Shown one piece after another: positions 39,105 to 47,885 of a stretch of DNA of 55,685 bases (the stretch's first letter is position 1; each line of letters starts with the position of its first letter). The notes below the pieces were generated by a model that had not been told where the DNA came from, searched no databases, and saw only the letters and a list, made by a program, of their open reading frames with translations. The translations under genes and the position numbers were made by a program. The stretch is from positions 1 to 55,685 of the forward strand of contig JAAYYW010000128.1 of NCBI GenBank assembly GCA_012515195.1, given 5' to 3'. Origin of the DNA: Leptolinea sp. GTDB lineage: Bacteria > Chloroflexota > Anaerolineae > Anaerolineales > Anaerolineaceae.

Positions 39105-39590
39105 ATGTCAGACCAACCTGTTTTAGATGAAATGACAATTAAACAGGCTTTAAAAAGTGTTCATACAATGTATATTAAGCAGCAGATCACGCTTCTAGAT
39201 GCGTTGAAGGCTGAATATGGGACAGGGGTGGTAGAGATCGTGCGTGAAACAAACAGCCGGGATGTATGTCAGACGTTTCGCGCCCTGGCGGTTCAATCAG
39301 GGAAGAATTCCATTGAGGATCTGGTCAACGTGTTGTGGGAGCCGCTTCGCAGTAAGGGGTACGCATTTACGATGGAAGCAGTTGATGGCGGCATCCAAAT
39401 GAATTGCACGGCGTGCCCATTCGCGTCCATGTATAAGGCACTGGGTGGAGAGGAATGGGGTTATGCCCTTTACTGTGCCGCCGATGAAGACCTGGCCCGG
39501 GCGTTCAATCCAAAAGTTGGTTTCAAACGCGAGCATACTCTAATGGAAGGTCATCAGTGTTGTGACCATTTCTATTATTATCTGGATTGA
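39105..39590 (+). CDS. L-2-amino-thiazoline-4-carboxylate hydrolase-like (V4R-related fold) protein
   Basis: CTACPF, YCAAD, FNPKVGFKREHTLMEGHQCCDH; GGAGG RBS before ATG 39105. Confidence 0.7.
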   Translation: MSDQPVLDEMTIKQALKSVHTMYIKQQITLLDALKAEYGTGVVEIVRETNSRDVCQTFRALAVQSGKNSIEDLVNVLWEPLRSKGYAFTMEAVDGGIQMNCTACPFASMYKALGGEEWGYALYCAADEDLARAFNPKVGFKREHTLMEGHQCCDHFYYYLD

Positions 39591-39623
39591 GAGATGACAT
39601 TCGGGAAGTAATATAAAACGAAA

Positions 39624-39658
39624 GGGGCGGTGGTAATCCGCCCCGATCTGTTTTTTTT
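39624..39658. terminator. Terminator between convergent genes
   Basis: GGGGCGG/CCGCCCC stem with a T-run downstream and an A-rich flank upstream. Confidence 0.65.
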
Positions 39659-39680
39659 GGTCATAAGTATAGGATCGCGG

Positions 39681-40490
39681 TCAATCTGGTAGAAGTTCCC
39701 GCATCTGTGAATAGATGAATTTCGCTGCCAGTTTGGGGGATACTCGGGCGAGATAATACATAAACCTCGCGTCTGAACCTACCAGCACGTGATAACCGTT
39801 CGATTCGATGCCGTTGATGATCTGCCGGGCCGCCTCCGGTGCGCTTGTCATCTTGATGCGCGATTCACCCGCCTGTGCGTGACCGGCTTCCATCGCCACG
39901 CCCGAATTAGCCGAAATGTTGGTTCCGATCGCCCCGGGATAGACCGTTGTAACATGGACGTTCGTGTCCAATAGTTCCGAATGCAATCCATTCGTGAAGG
40001 CATTGACCGCCGATTTTGAGGCGCCGTATGCCGTCTGCCCCGGTACGGGGAGATAACTGCCCATACTGGAAATATTGACAATATGCGCTTCGGGTCGGTT
40101 CAGCAGGTGTGGGAGGAATGCTTTTACCATCAGAACGGTGCCCCAAAAATTGACATTGAATACGCGTTCCATCTCTTTCACGTCCAGATCTTTGATACGC
40201 ACAAATCGCTGGATGATCCCCGCGTTGTTGATGATGGCGTCTACTGCTCCATGGGCTTTAATGACGGCATCCGGCAAAGCTGATACGGCAGCCTGGTCTG
40301 TGATGTCAACAACATGGTTTGACAACTGGCCACGGTTTTCCCCCGCGAGGTCGGCGGTCTCATCCAATGTGGTTTTGTTGATATCAACTGCGGCAACCCG
40401 CGCGCCTTTTTTTAGGAGCTGCAACACCAGCTCGCGTCCCATTCCATTCCCGCCGCCCGTTACAACAAAGACTTTCCCCTGTGTTTTCAT
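39681..40490 (-). CDS. Short-chain dehydrogenase/reductase
   Basis: TGGGNGMG, NNAG, YGASK. Confidence 0.9.
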   Translation of the reverse strand: MKTQGKVFVVTGGGNGMGRELVLQLLKKGARVAAVDINKTTLDETADLAGENRGQLSNHVVDITDQAAVSALPDAVIKAHGAVDAIINNAGIIQRFVRIKDLDVKEMERVFNVNFWGTVLMVKAFLPHLLNRPEAHIVNISSMGSYLPVPGQTAYGASKSAVNAFTNGLHSELLDTNVHVTTVYPGAIGTNISANSGVAMEAGHAQAGESRIKMTSAPEAARQIINGIESNGYHVLVGSDARFMYYLARVSPKLAAKFIYSQMRELLPD

Positions 40491-40684
40491 GTTTTTCCTT
40501 TCTTGCCTGAAACAGTCACAGCGTCAGAAAAGTAACAAAAAGTTATTCCTGATTAATATATACATTATCTATCAATATTATATGAATAAATATATAAAAA
40601 TACCAACCGATGCATATCACCAATGAAGCAATTAATCCGTTGATAGGCGAGTTTTTTTCATACACGGAATGGTAGAGGTTAAAT

Positions 40685-40715
40685 GATGAAAGCTCCCATT
40701 TAGGGAGCTTTCATC
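40685..40715 (-). terminator. Stem-loop downstream of the FAD oxidoreductase gene
   Basis: Perfect 13-bp inverted repeat GATGAAAGCTCCC/GGGAGCTTTCATC. Confidence 0.7.
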
Positions 40716-40740
40716 CAAAACCAGGAGATTGGAGTGTGCG

Positions 40741-42240
40741 TCAGTTACGGATGGTCGCGAAGTCTTTCCCATCTTCTTTGCAGAGACGCTTGATCATGTT
40801 GCGACCAGAAATACCGGCTGTTGGCAATCCGCCACCCGGTTCCACCCATTGGCCTACCATGTAGAAATTGCGCAAACCGGGAAGTGTATGGGCTAGCCCT
40901 CCGGTAAACGACTTGCTCATGTTCTGCGTGGTCAGCCGCCAGCCTTCAAACGAACCCTGCCAGTTTCCGGTATAACGCTCCGTGGTCAGTGGTGTCGCCA
41001 CGTCCACCACCTCCACGTCTTTTTCGAATCCGGGCAGGTATTTATCGATGGCTGAAATGACCGTCAGGGCGGCCTGTTTTTTCTCAGCATCATACCGTTC
41101 GGGATCTTCCGCCAGTTTCTTCCAGTAATCATATTTGGTATCGAACATAGCCATAACAACGGTCTTTCCTTCAGGAGCGAGGGTGGGGTCATAGCCATAG
41201 TGCTTGACCTGGATGTATTCCCGTTCTTTGCCGGCGATAGTGATAGGTTTGTCCAACATTCGGACCATTGTCTGCGGTTGATCGGCCATGTCGCGTTTAA
41301 CGCCAAGAGAGACCATCACCAGCGGCTCGAATATTTCGCTCTTACGGTAGTATTCCTCCAACTCGGGGTCGCGGTATCGCCCGCCCAGCATGTAATTAAT
41401 GGTTGCAAATCCGTCGGCTGCCGAGATGACGCGCCCGGCGCGGAATTCGCGTCCGTCGGTCAACCGGATGCCTACAGCATGGTTGTCTTCCACCAGTATC
41501 CGTTCCACCTTCGCGTTGTAGTGGATCTCTCCGCCCAGTTCCGTATAGCGTTTCTCTATGGATTGGGAGAACGGCAGGCTCCCGCCGATGGGATATCCCG
41601 CGTCTTTCTTGTTCTGCCAGCCCAGGGTATAGAGCAATCCCATCATGGGGAAATCGGGCATGTCGAACATGCTGTTCCAGACCTTATTCAAGAACGGGTC
41701 TTTGAACCGGGCAGCAAATTGTTTGGCGTTCATCTTTCCGTATTTCAAAAAAACACCTGCCATAGGGAGCATGGCAAATGCCCCTTTGATTTTCCCGCCC
41801 AGTCCCCTGGGTTCGTCCATGGGCATATCCAAACTGCCCAGTTTCCGGATCGTGCCGCAAAAATCGCGGATCACGGCGGCATCCACCGGAGCCAGTTCCA
41901 ACATGTGTTTTTCCAGGCGGTCGATATCCGTATTCATGTGGAAGACACGCCCGTCTGTGTTCTCAACGGTGACGAAAGCTTCATGGTTGACAATTTCCAC
42001 GTCTTTCAATGCGCCCAGCTCTTCCCACATAATGTGCGAGCCGGATTCCGGATTGGAACCCACAAGCCAGTGGATACAACCGTCCATGGTATAGCCCTTG
42101 CGCTTCCACGATGTGCACAGTCCGCCCGGCAGCGTGTGCATTTCAAAGATCGTGGTTTTGTAACCGTTCATCTGACCGTAAATACCCGTGGCCAGTCCGG
42201 CAATACCACCGCCGATGATGATGATCGAATTTTTGTTCAT
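40741..42240 (-). CDS. NAD(P)/FAD-dependent oxidoreductase, phytoene dehydrogenase-like
   Basis: IIGGGIAGL, PGGLCTSWKRKGY, ATPLTTERYTGN, YMVGQWVEPGGGLP. Confidence 0.85.
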   Translation of the reverse strand: MNKNSIIIIGGGIAGLATGIYGQMNGYKTTIFEMHTLPGGLCTSWKRKGYTMDGCIHWLVGSNPESGSHIMWEELGALKDVEIVNHEAFVTVENTDGRVFHMNTDIDRLEKHMLELAPVDAAVIRDFCGTIRKLGSLDMPMDEPRGLGGKIKGAFAMLPMAGVFLKYGKMNAKQFAARFKDPFLNKVWNSMFDMPDFPMMGLLYTLGWQNKKDAGYPIGGSLPFSQSIEKRYTELGGEIHYNAKVERILVEDNHAVGIRLTDGREFRAGRVISAADGFATINYMLGGRYRDPELEEYYRKSEIFEPLVMVSLGVKRDMADQPQTMVRMLDKPITIAGKEREYIQVKHYGYDPTLAPEGKTVVMAMFDTKYDYWKKLAEDPERYDAEKKQAALTVISAIDKYLPGFEKDVEVVDVATPLTTERYTGNWQGSFEGWRLTTQNMSKSFTGGLAHTLPGLRNFYMVGQWVEPGGGLPTAGISGRNMIKRLCKEDGKDFATIRN

Positions 42241-42402
42241 ATTCTTTCTCTGTATGGGGGATTTGTAATGAATGATGCTGACAATTTATACGGTATATGG
42301 CCGTATCAGTTGTAGGCGGAAAGGAACATTGATGGTTGGTTCTTTATTCACATCACGGTCATAGAAACCTTTCTAAAGGATATAGTATTACGCATCCGGA
42401 TA

Positions 42403-42467
42403 TTGACATTTTACCATAATTCGATTATTATCGAAATAGATATATATAAATATCGACGTATATCAAA
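42403..42467 (+). promoter_or_regulatory. Sigma70 promoter overlapped by an ArsR-type operator
   Basis: TTGACA (42403-42408), 17 bp spacer, TATTAT (42426-42431). Palindrome TTCGAT-tatt-ATCGAA (42420-42435) and a weaker copy ATCGACgtatATCAAA (42452-42467). Confidence 0.65.
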
Positions 42468-42485
42468 ATATAGATCGGACATCAA

Positions 42486-43100
42486 ATGGCACAATACAGT
42501 AAAAATTCATTGCTAGACATGTTGAAAGCTCTGGCGGATGACAGCCGTCTTACGTTGCTGCGTTTGCTTAACGAAGGTGAACACACGGTGGGGGAATTGG
42601 CCGGCCTGCTGGATCTGGGTGAGCCGACCATATCCCATCACTTGTCTAAGCTGCGGGCGAACGGGCTGGTGAATCTGCGCATGGCCGGGAACCAGCGATT
42701 CTACCGCGTCAACGAGACCGGGCTGCAACGGTTCAAGCGCCTGGCAGCGGAAATTGAAAAGAACCGTCCAGAGCCCGAACCTGTACAGCCGGACCATGAG
42801 TGGATTACCGCCCTCGGATGGAGCCAGGCCGACCAGAAGGTGCTGCGGGATTACACGGAAGGCCGAAAATTGACCCATTTGCCGTCCAAACGCGGAAAGA
42901 CTCAGGTAATCCTGCGCTGGCTGGCAACGCTGTTCGAGCCGGAGCGGTTGTACAACGAGGCGGAGGTCAATGTGATCCTCAAGTCGGTCTATGAAGTGGA
43001 TTTCGTCAGCCTGCGCCGCGACCTGATTGACATGGGTTACCTGCGACGGGAGATGGGCGGCGGCAAGTACTGGCGGACGATGGCTAAGGAAATAGATTAA
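42486..43100 (+). CDS. ArsR/SmtB regulator fused to a DUF2087-like domain
   Basis: KALADDSRL..TISHHLSKLR HTH; C-terminal YNEAEVN...DFVSLRRDLIDMGYLRR. Confidence 0.82.
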   Translation: MAQYSKNSLLDMLKALADDSRLTLLRLLNEGEHTVGELAGLLDLGEPTISHHLSKLRANGLVNLRMAGNQRFYRVNETGLQRFKRLAAEIEKNRPEPEPVQPDHEWITALGWSQADQKVLRDYTEGRKLTHLPSKRGKTQVILRWLATLFEPERLYNEAEVNVILKSVYEVDFVSLRRDLIDMGYLRREMGGGKYWRTMAKEID

Positions 43101-43104
43101 AAAA

Positions 43105-43134
43105 AGAGAGACGCCAGTGATCAGGCGTCTCTCT
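43105..43134. terminator. Terminator between convergent genes
   Basis: AGAGAGACGCC/GGCGTCTCTCT stem with an A-run on the left (a U-tail on the minus strand). Confidence 0.7.
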
Positions 43135-43151
43135 CAAATACCGTAAATTGA

Positions 43152-43427
43152 TCAGACAAACAGGAAAAGCAGTGATTCTTCACCGCCGGACAGGCTGGAG
43201 AAAATACTGAAAAACCCGAGGATTAGGCCTACAGCAATGGCTATGAGCCAGATGGTCATGGGTTTCTTGATGTCAGCTTCTTTGAAATGGATTAAACCCC
43301 AGATAAACGGGTAGAGATTGAAGCTAAAAAGGCCAAGAATTCCATGCAGAATCCCTTTTTTCTGAAAGAGTTTGATCAACATCCATAAACCAGCAAACCA
43401 GCTGACAAAACCTGCAAGTTGTTCCAT
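43152..43427 (-). CDS. Small membrane protein, unknown function
   Basis: 91 aa, about three hydrophobic segments, AGGAG RBS. Confidence 0.65.
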   Translation of the reverse strand: MEQLAGFVSWFAGLWMLIKLFQKKGILHGILGLFSFNLYPFIWGLIHFKEADIKKPMTIWLIAIAVGLILGFFSIFSSLSGGEESLLFLFV

Positions 43428-43508
43428 TATAAAACTCCTGATTAATAGATTAAAAATTTATTAAGATGCAGTATACTCCCGTTCCTGATCCCCGGCAAGA
43501 TTTCTTCT

Positions 43509-43958
43509 TTACGCAGGCTTGTTGAAAATATCGCCCAGATGCATATTCAAGTGTCGTAAGTAATCGTCCATCACGAATTCCAAGCGTACAGGTTTTTCAT
43601 GGCCGATGCCGCACGGATTATCAAAGACTTCCAACGGCAAACGGTCCAGCAGGGCGCATAGATGGCGGTTGACCATCACCCACAGGTCAATGAGTTCCCG
43701 CCAGTCGCGTTCATCATAGCCCTGCAATTCCACCCAGGTTTCCTGCCGGTAAGGCGGGAAGTCTATGGCAGCATTGTACCCGCCGCGCACAAAGCGCTGG
43801 TGATTATTTAACGCTGAATCGATGAGATGTCCCAGTATCTGCTGTTTGCACCATTCCTCCGGTGCGGGTTTCTCGCGTGCGGCTTCGGGGGTGATGGCTG
43901 TTAGTTTTGTGGCGGCCTTTTCGACGGTTTCACGGATGGCACTGGCGGTGGGATGCAT
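43509..43958 (-). CDS. DinB/YfiT-family putative metalloenzyme
   Basis: WCKQQILGHLIDSALNNHQRFVR and DYLRHLNMH. Start ATG 43958 with AGAGGA RBS; the longer ORF-track start crosses a terminator. Confidence 0.82.
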   Translation of the reverse strand: MHPTASAIRETVEKAATKLTAITPEAAREKPAPEEWCKQQILGHLIDSALNNHQRFVRGGYNAAIDFPPYRQETWVELQGYDERDWRELIDLWVMVNRHLCALLDRLPLEVFDNPCGIGHEKPVRLEFVMDDYLRHLNMHLGDIFNKPA

Positions 43959-44017
43959 GGGGTTTTCCTCTCTGGCAAATGATGTACCAATTTTATTACA
44001 GGTACCTTTTTTTTCGG

Positions 44018-44054
44018 AAAAAAAGATTTGGGGCGGGTCCATCAGACCCGCCCC
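44018..44054 (-). terminator. Terminator downstream of the GGDEF gene
   Basis: GGGGCGGGTC/GACCCGCCCC stem with a nearby A-run (a U-tract on the minus strand). Confidence 0.65.
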
Positions 44055-44097
44055 TGCCGTTGTAACTGTAATGACCGGTAAATAGGGAGAGGGAGGT

Positions 44098-45153
44098 TTA
44101 GTAAAACCCGATGCGCAGGTCGGTTTCGCCGACGTATGTGATCGGCTCGTATTCCTTGACTGGCGGGGCCCAGGTGGCTGTCTGATTACCGCCATAGCGT
44201 TTGGCTTGCGTGAGTGCCTGGTCGCAACCGTTGATCAATTCTTCCAGAGTTTTCATTGATGGATCCAGTACCGCCACCCCCTGGCTGATGGTTATGGGAA
44301 CGGGAGCGTTATCCACTTCCAGCGGGATATCGGTGACCCGTCGTCTCAACCGCTCGGCCAGCATTTGGGCGTAACGTATGGTAGTTTCCGGCAGCAGGAC
44401 AAGTAGTTCTTCACCGCCCATACGCACACGGATGTCCGATTCCCGCAATTCACGGTTGAACAGTTGTGATAGTTCTGTCAGTATATGACCGGTTATTTCG
44501 GAGCCGTAGGCGTCAGTTAGCGAGGCAAAATCATCAATATCCACCAGAATGGCACTCAGTGGGCGGTGATAACGTTTTGCCCGCCGGAATTCGGTTTCGG
44601 CCACCTCGAAGAAAAGTCGTCGCGACATTATCCCTGTATATCCACTGATGGGGATTGTATCCTGTGCCGAGAGGTCTCCTTCCTTCAGCTTTTGGCGGGC
44701 GCGAAGGTTGGAAACTACAACACCTGCGTGAAGCGACAACAAACGGGCGATATTGAAGAAATGTTGGTCCGGAGGGGGGATGTCGCCGAAATCAAGTGAT
44801 ACGATCCCCTGCAATTCACCGTGACAGATGATGGGAAATACAGGGGTGGTCGATTGGTCAATCGATTGATTCGCGGGTTGGATCTGACTGGCCAGATGGA
44901 TCAATTCCCTGATTTTTCCTTTGGGGGTTTCCATCGGTCTAACAAATTGTGCAGAGCCATCATGCATGGCGATGTAAATTAAATCCTGCGGTTGGAACAC
45001 GGTGCCAAAAACGTGAATGATCTCACGGATGGCTTCATCTTCTGACCTGGCACAGGATAGATTGGCCAGAAGATCAAGTGCCTCGGAATAACTGTTATGA
45101 GATGGTTTCCTGGTGGTTACAGGCTTGTTATAGGGACTGGAATAGGTTTGCAT
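44098..45153 (-). CDS. GAF-like + GGDEF-domain protein, probably catalytically impaired
   Basis: RESD I-site and GGEEL present, but DIDDFASLTDAYGSEITG replaces DIDxFKxxNDxxGHxxGD. Confidence 0.82.
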   Translation of the reverse strand: MQTYSSPYNKPVTTRKPSHNSYSEALDLLANLSCARSEDEAIREIIHVFGTVFQPQDLIYIAMHDGSAQFVRPMETPKGKIRELIHLASQIQPANQSIDQSTTPVFPIICHGELQGIVSLDFGDIPPPDQHFFNIARLLSLHAGVVVSNLRARQKLKEGDLSAQDTIPISGYTGIMSRRLFFEVAETEFRRAKRYHRPLSAILVDIDDFASLTDAYGSEITGHILTELSQLFNRELRESDIRVRMGGEELLVLLPETTIRYAQMLAERLRRRVTDIPLEVDNAPVPITISQGVAVLDPSMKTLEELINGCDQALTQAKRYGGNQTATWAPPVKEYEPITYVGETDLRIGFY

Positions 45154-45690
45154 TTGTCACTCCTTTATTATTCGTTCGATGAACGGATAACGGCGAAGAT
45201 TAAATTCGCGCCAGCCGGCAATAGGAGAATGGCAAGCAGTAATTTGTAAAGATAGCGTTTTCGGTTATATGAAGTTGTCTGTTGTTTATCGTGATCGCTT
45301 TGGGTACCGCTAATTTAAGAAAGTTCAATGATACGGGTGATGAAAAAAGCTCTGGTGACGACAGTTGCTGTTGACACGCAACGGTTGTACCCCCCTGAAA
45401 CAATGGATCCGGAAAGACCGCTGCTTTCTGGAAAGTCGCCATATCACCTGCCCAACAGATCAATGCCGGAGAGATGGTGTGATAGATATAGGATAATATA
45501 ATCCAGGGGAAAAGTCTACTAAGAGTTCACTCATATAAGCAGAATTCGGGGATCAATTTTTACGTAAATGTAAGCTGCAATAGCCGGTTACAGGTAAGGA
45601 TTTACAAATACCATATCGGGAACAACTCTCTGATATCAGCTGGCCTTGGGAACCTTTTTTTGACAAAAAAATACGTTGGGCTGAAGTGCT

Positions 45691-46167
45691 TCAGACCAGT
45701 TCCATCTGGGAGGCTTTATCTGTCAACTCACGCAAATGACGGGCTGCCTCCTTCCTTTGGTCAGGCTCAATACGGCCTGCCAGATTACGGATCCAATTTA
45801 GGTGGGAATTAACGGATCCATCAGCCTTTCTCTGGCCCTGTTCTGTCAGTTCCACCAATCGTACCCGACGGTCTCCAGAAACTTCACGTCGTTTCACCAA
45901 TCCCTGTTGCACCATTCTTTCCACCATCTGACTGGCCCCTGGCGGGCTAACCTGCAGCAATTCTGACACATCACTTACCTCACATGGCCCATGGTAATGG
46001 ATATGCAGTAATAGGTTCATTTGTCCAAATGTAAGACCGGTTTCGCGGTTGAAGCGGTTGATTTCGTACATCCAGAGCCGCGCGAATATTGCTGTCCATT
46101 CCATAATCGCTTCATCCAACAGGCCTGATTCTTTTGGGGGTGTAATCGCATCTTGACAGGAGTCCAT
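45691..46167 (-). CDS. MarR-family regulator
   Basis: GLTFGQ, ASQMVERMVQQGLV, DRRVRLVELTEQG; divergent from the SDR operon. Confidence 0.88.
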   Translation of the reverse strand: MDSCQDAITPPKESGLLDEAIMEWTAIFARLWMYEINRFNRETGLTFGQMNLLLHIHYHGPCEVSDVSELLQVSPPGASQMVERMVQQGLVKRREVSGDRRVRLVELTEQGQRKADGSVNSHLNWIRNLAGRIEPDQRKEAARHLRELTDKASQMELV

Positions 46168-46242
46168 TACCCGATTATATATAATATTACTTAACTATTC
46201 AAGGTGATTAACTAAAATTGATCCCAGGGTGAGGTAACACAC

Positions 46243-47109
46243 ATGAATACTCTTAAAGGAAAGATCGCGGTAATAACGGGCAGCACCCGTGGATTGGGTC
46301 TGGCTATTGCGAAGGCCTTTGCGGAGGAGGGCGCGTCGGTGGTTATCACATCGCGTTCAAATGAGGCTGTCAATCGCGTGGTTGATGATATGCGGAGCGC
46401 TGGACATCAGGCTGCCGGAATGGCAGTTGATGTGTCAGATATTCATCAGGTTCGAACCCTGGCTGATTTTGTCGTTAAAACGTTTGGTCGGATCGATATA
46501 TGGGTTAATAATGCAGGAATTACAGGCGCGTACGGACCGACAATCGGGATAGATCCGGAAGTTTTTTCTGGTGTGGTGAACACGAATATCCTGGGGACGT
46601 ATCACGGCTCGATCTTTGCTCTGAACCAATTCAAGAAACAGGGCGGAGGAAAATTGATCAATATGCTGGGAATGGGTTACAAGAAGCCCGCTCCCTGGCA
46701 GAATGCCTACGGTTCCAGCAAAGCATGGATCCGGAATTTCACGAAAGCGCTGGCGAAAGAAAATAAGGCTTTTAAAAATATTGGTATCCATGCCCTTAAC
46801 CCCGGCATGGTGCTGACTGATTTATTGGTGCGAAATGAAGTCGTCGCCGGATCGGAAGATCGACTAAAGGTATTCCCAACAATTGTACGTATGTGGGCTA
46901 AACCCGGTGATGTTCCTGCCCGCAAAGCTGTCTGGCTGGCGTCTCCGGCTACCGACGGGAAGACCGGGCTTGAAGCCAATGTTTTCTCCTTCGGGGTTAT
47001 GTTGAAAGGCGCGGTGTTGGAGGGGTGGCGGTTGGTCACAGGGGGTGTACCTCCCAAAAGTGACGTGGATATGACTGTGGTTCCCGGATGGGAACCGGAT
47101 AAAAAATAG
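46243..47109 (+). CDS. Short-chain dehydrogenase/reductase
   Basis: TGSTRGLG, WVNNAG, YGSSK. Confidence 0.9.
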   Translation: MNTLKGKIAVITGSTRGLGLAIAKAFAEEGASVVITSRSNEAVNRVVDDMRSAGHQAAGMAVDVSDIHQVRTLADFVVKTFGRIDIWVNNAGITGAYGPTIGIDPEVFSGVVNTNILGTYHGSIFALNQFKKQGGGKLINMLGMGYKKPAPWQNAYGSSKAWIRNFTKALAKENKAFKNIGIHALNPGMVLTDLLVRNEVVAGSEDRLKVFPTIVRMWAKPGDVPARKAVWLASPATDGKTGLEANVFSFGVMLKGAVLEGWRLVTGGVPPKSDVDMTVVPGWEPDKK

Positions 47110-47120
47110 AAGGTGTCGGG

Positions 47121-47807
47121 ATGACTCAGGAGTTACGGATCTTTATTGAGCTTGTTTTCAACATTGCCTACCTGTTCACCATCTGGACAATGGTTGTTTT
47201 GATGCTTATCCGGTTTACCAAATCGGCGGATAAGCATAAGCCGCTTTTCATGCGGGTTTTCTGGATGTTTGCCCTATTGGCATTGGGTGATACCGGACAT
47301 GTGGGCTTCCGGGTATTCGCAATAATGAATGGTGGATTGGAAGCTAATTCCGGATTGGTGGGTTTGGGCGCGTTAAGTACGGCCGTAACCATCACGTTCT
47401 TTTATATGATCTTGCTTGAAGTATGGCGGATGCGATTTAACTGTTCCATGGGATGGTTCCAGTGGATGTTGCTGTCTGCAGGTGTGGTCCGTCTTGTCAT
47501 CATGGCCTTCCCTCAGAACCAGTGGGAATTACTGGTGCCGACTTATGGATGGAGCCTGTTGCGCAACAGTTTTCTCGTGATCCAGGGATTGGGTGTAATG
47601 ATACTCATCCTGCGCGATTCCCGCCGGGCTGGTGACCAACCCTTTGAATTGATTGGATGGATGATCGCACTCTCCTATCTCTTCTATGCACCGGTGATCC
47701 TGTGGTCAGCATCTGTGCCTTTGCTGGGTATGCTGATGATCCCCAAAACCTGTGCCTATGTAGCCGCGGCATTCATCTCCTGGCGGATGATGGAGAACAG
47801 CGTTTAA
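47121..47807 (+). CDS. Multi-pass membrane protein, unknown function
   Basis: About seven TMs, GDTGHVGFR and GMLMIPKTCAY segments; 11 bp downstream of the SDR gene. Confidence 0.7.
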   Translation: MTQELRIFIELVFNIAYLFTIWTMVVLMLIRFTKSADKHKPLFMRVFWMFALLALGDTGHVGFRVFAIMNGGLEANSGLVGLGALSTAVTITFFYMILLEVWRMRFNCSMGWFQWMLLSAGVVRLVIMAFPQNQWELLVPTYGWSLLRNSFLVIQGLGVMILILRDSRRAGDQPFELIGWMIALSYLFYAPVILWSASVPLLGMLMIPKTCAYVAAAFISWRMMENSV

Positions 47808-47885
47808 CCCAACCGAATTGAATAAGACCCATGCCACCATATTCAGGCGGGAAATAAGACAATCTTACCGGATATCTTTCAGGCA

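Noticed and set aside
40741-42240. crtI/carotenoid biosynthesis assignment
   Set aside because: Only family-level motifs are present, and there are no crtB/crtE neighbours.
41200-42315. 371-aa + strand ORF
   Set aside because: Entirely antisense to the FAD oxidoreductase gene, with no motif or RBS support.
45200-45463. 87-aa ORF upstream of the GGDEF gene
   Set aside because: No RBS or motif support; more likely non-coding regulatory sequence.
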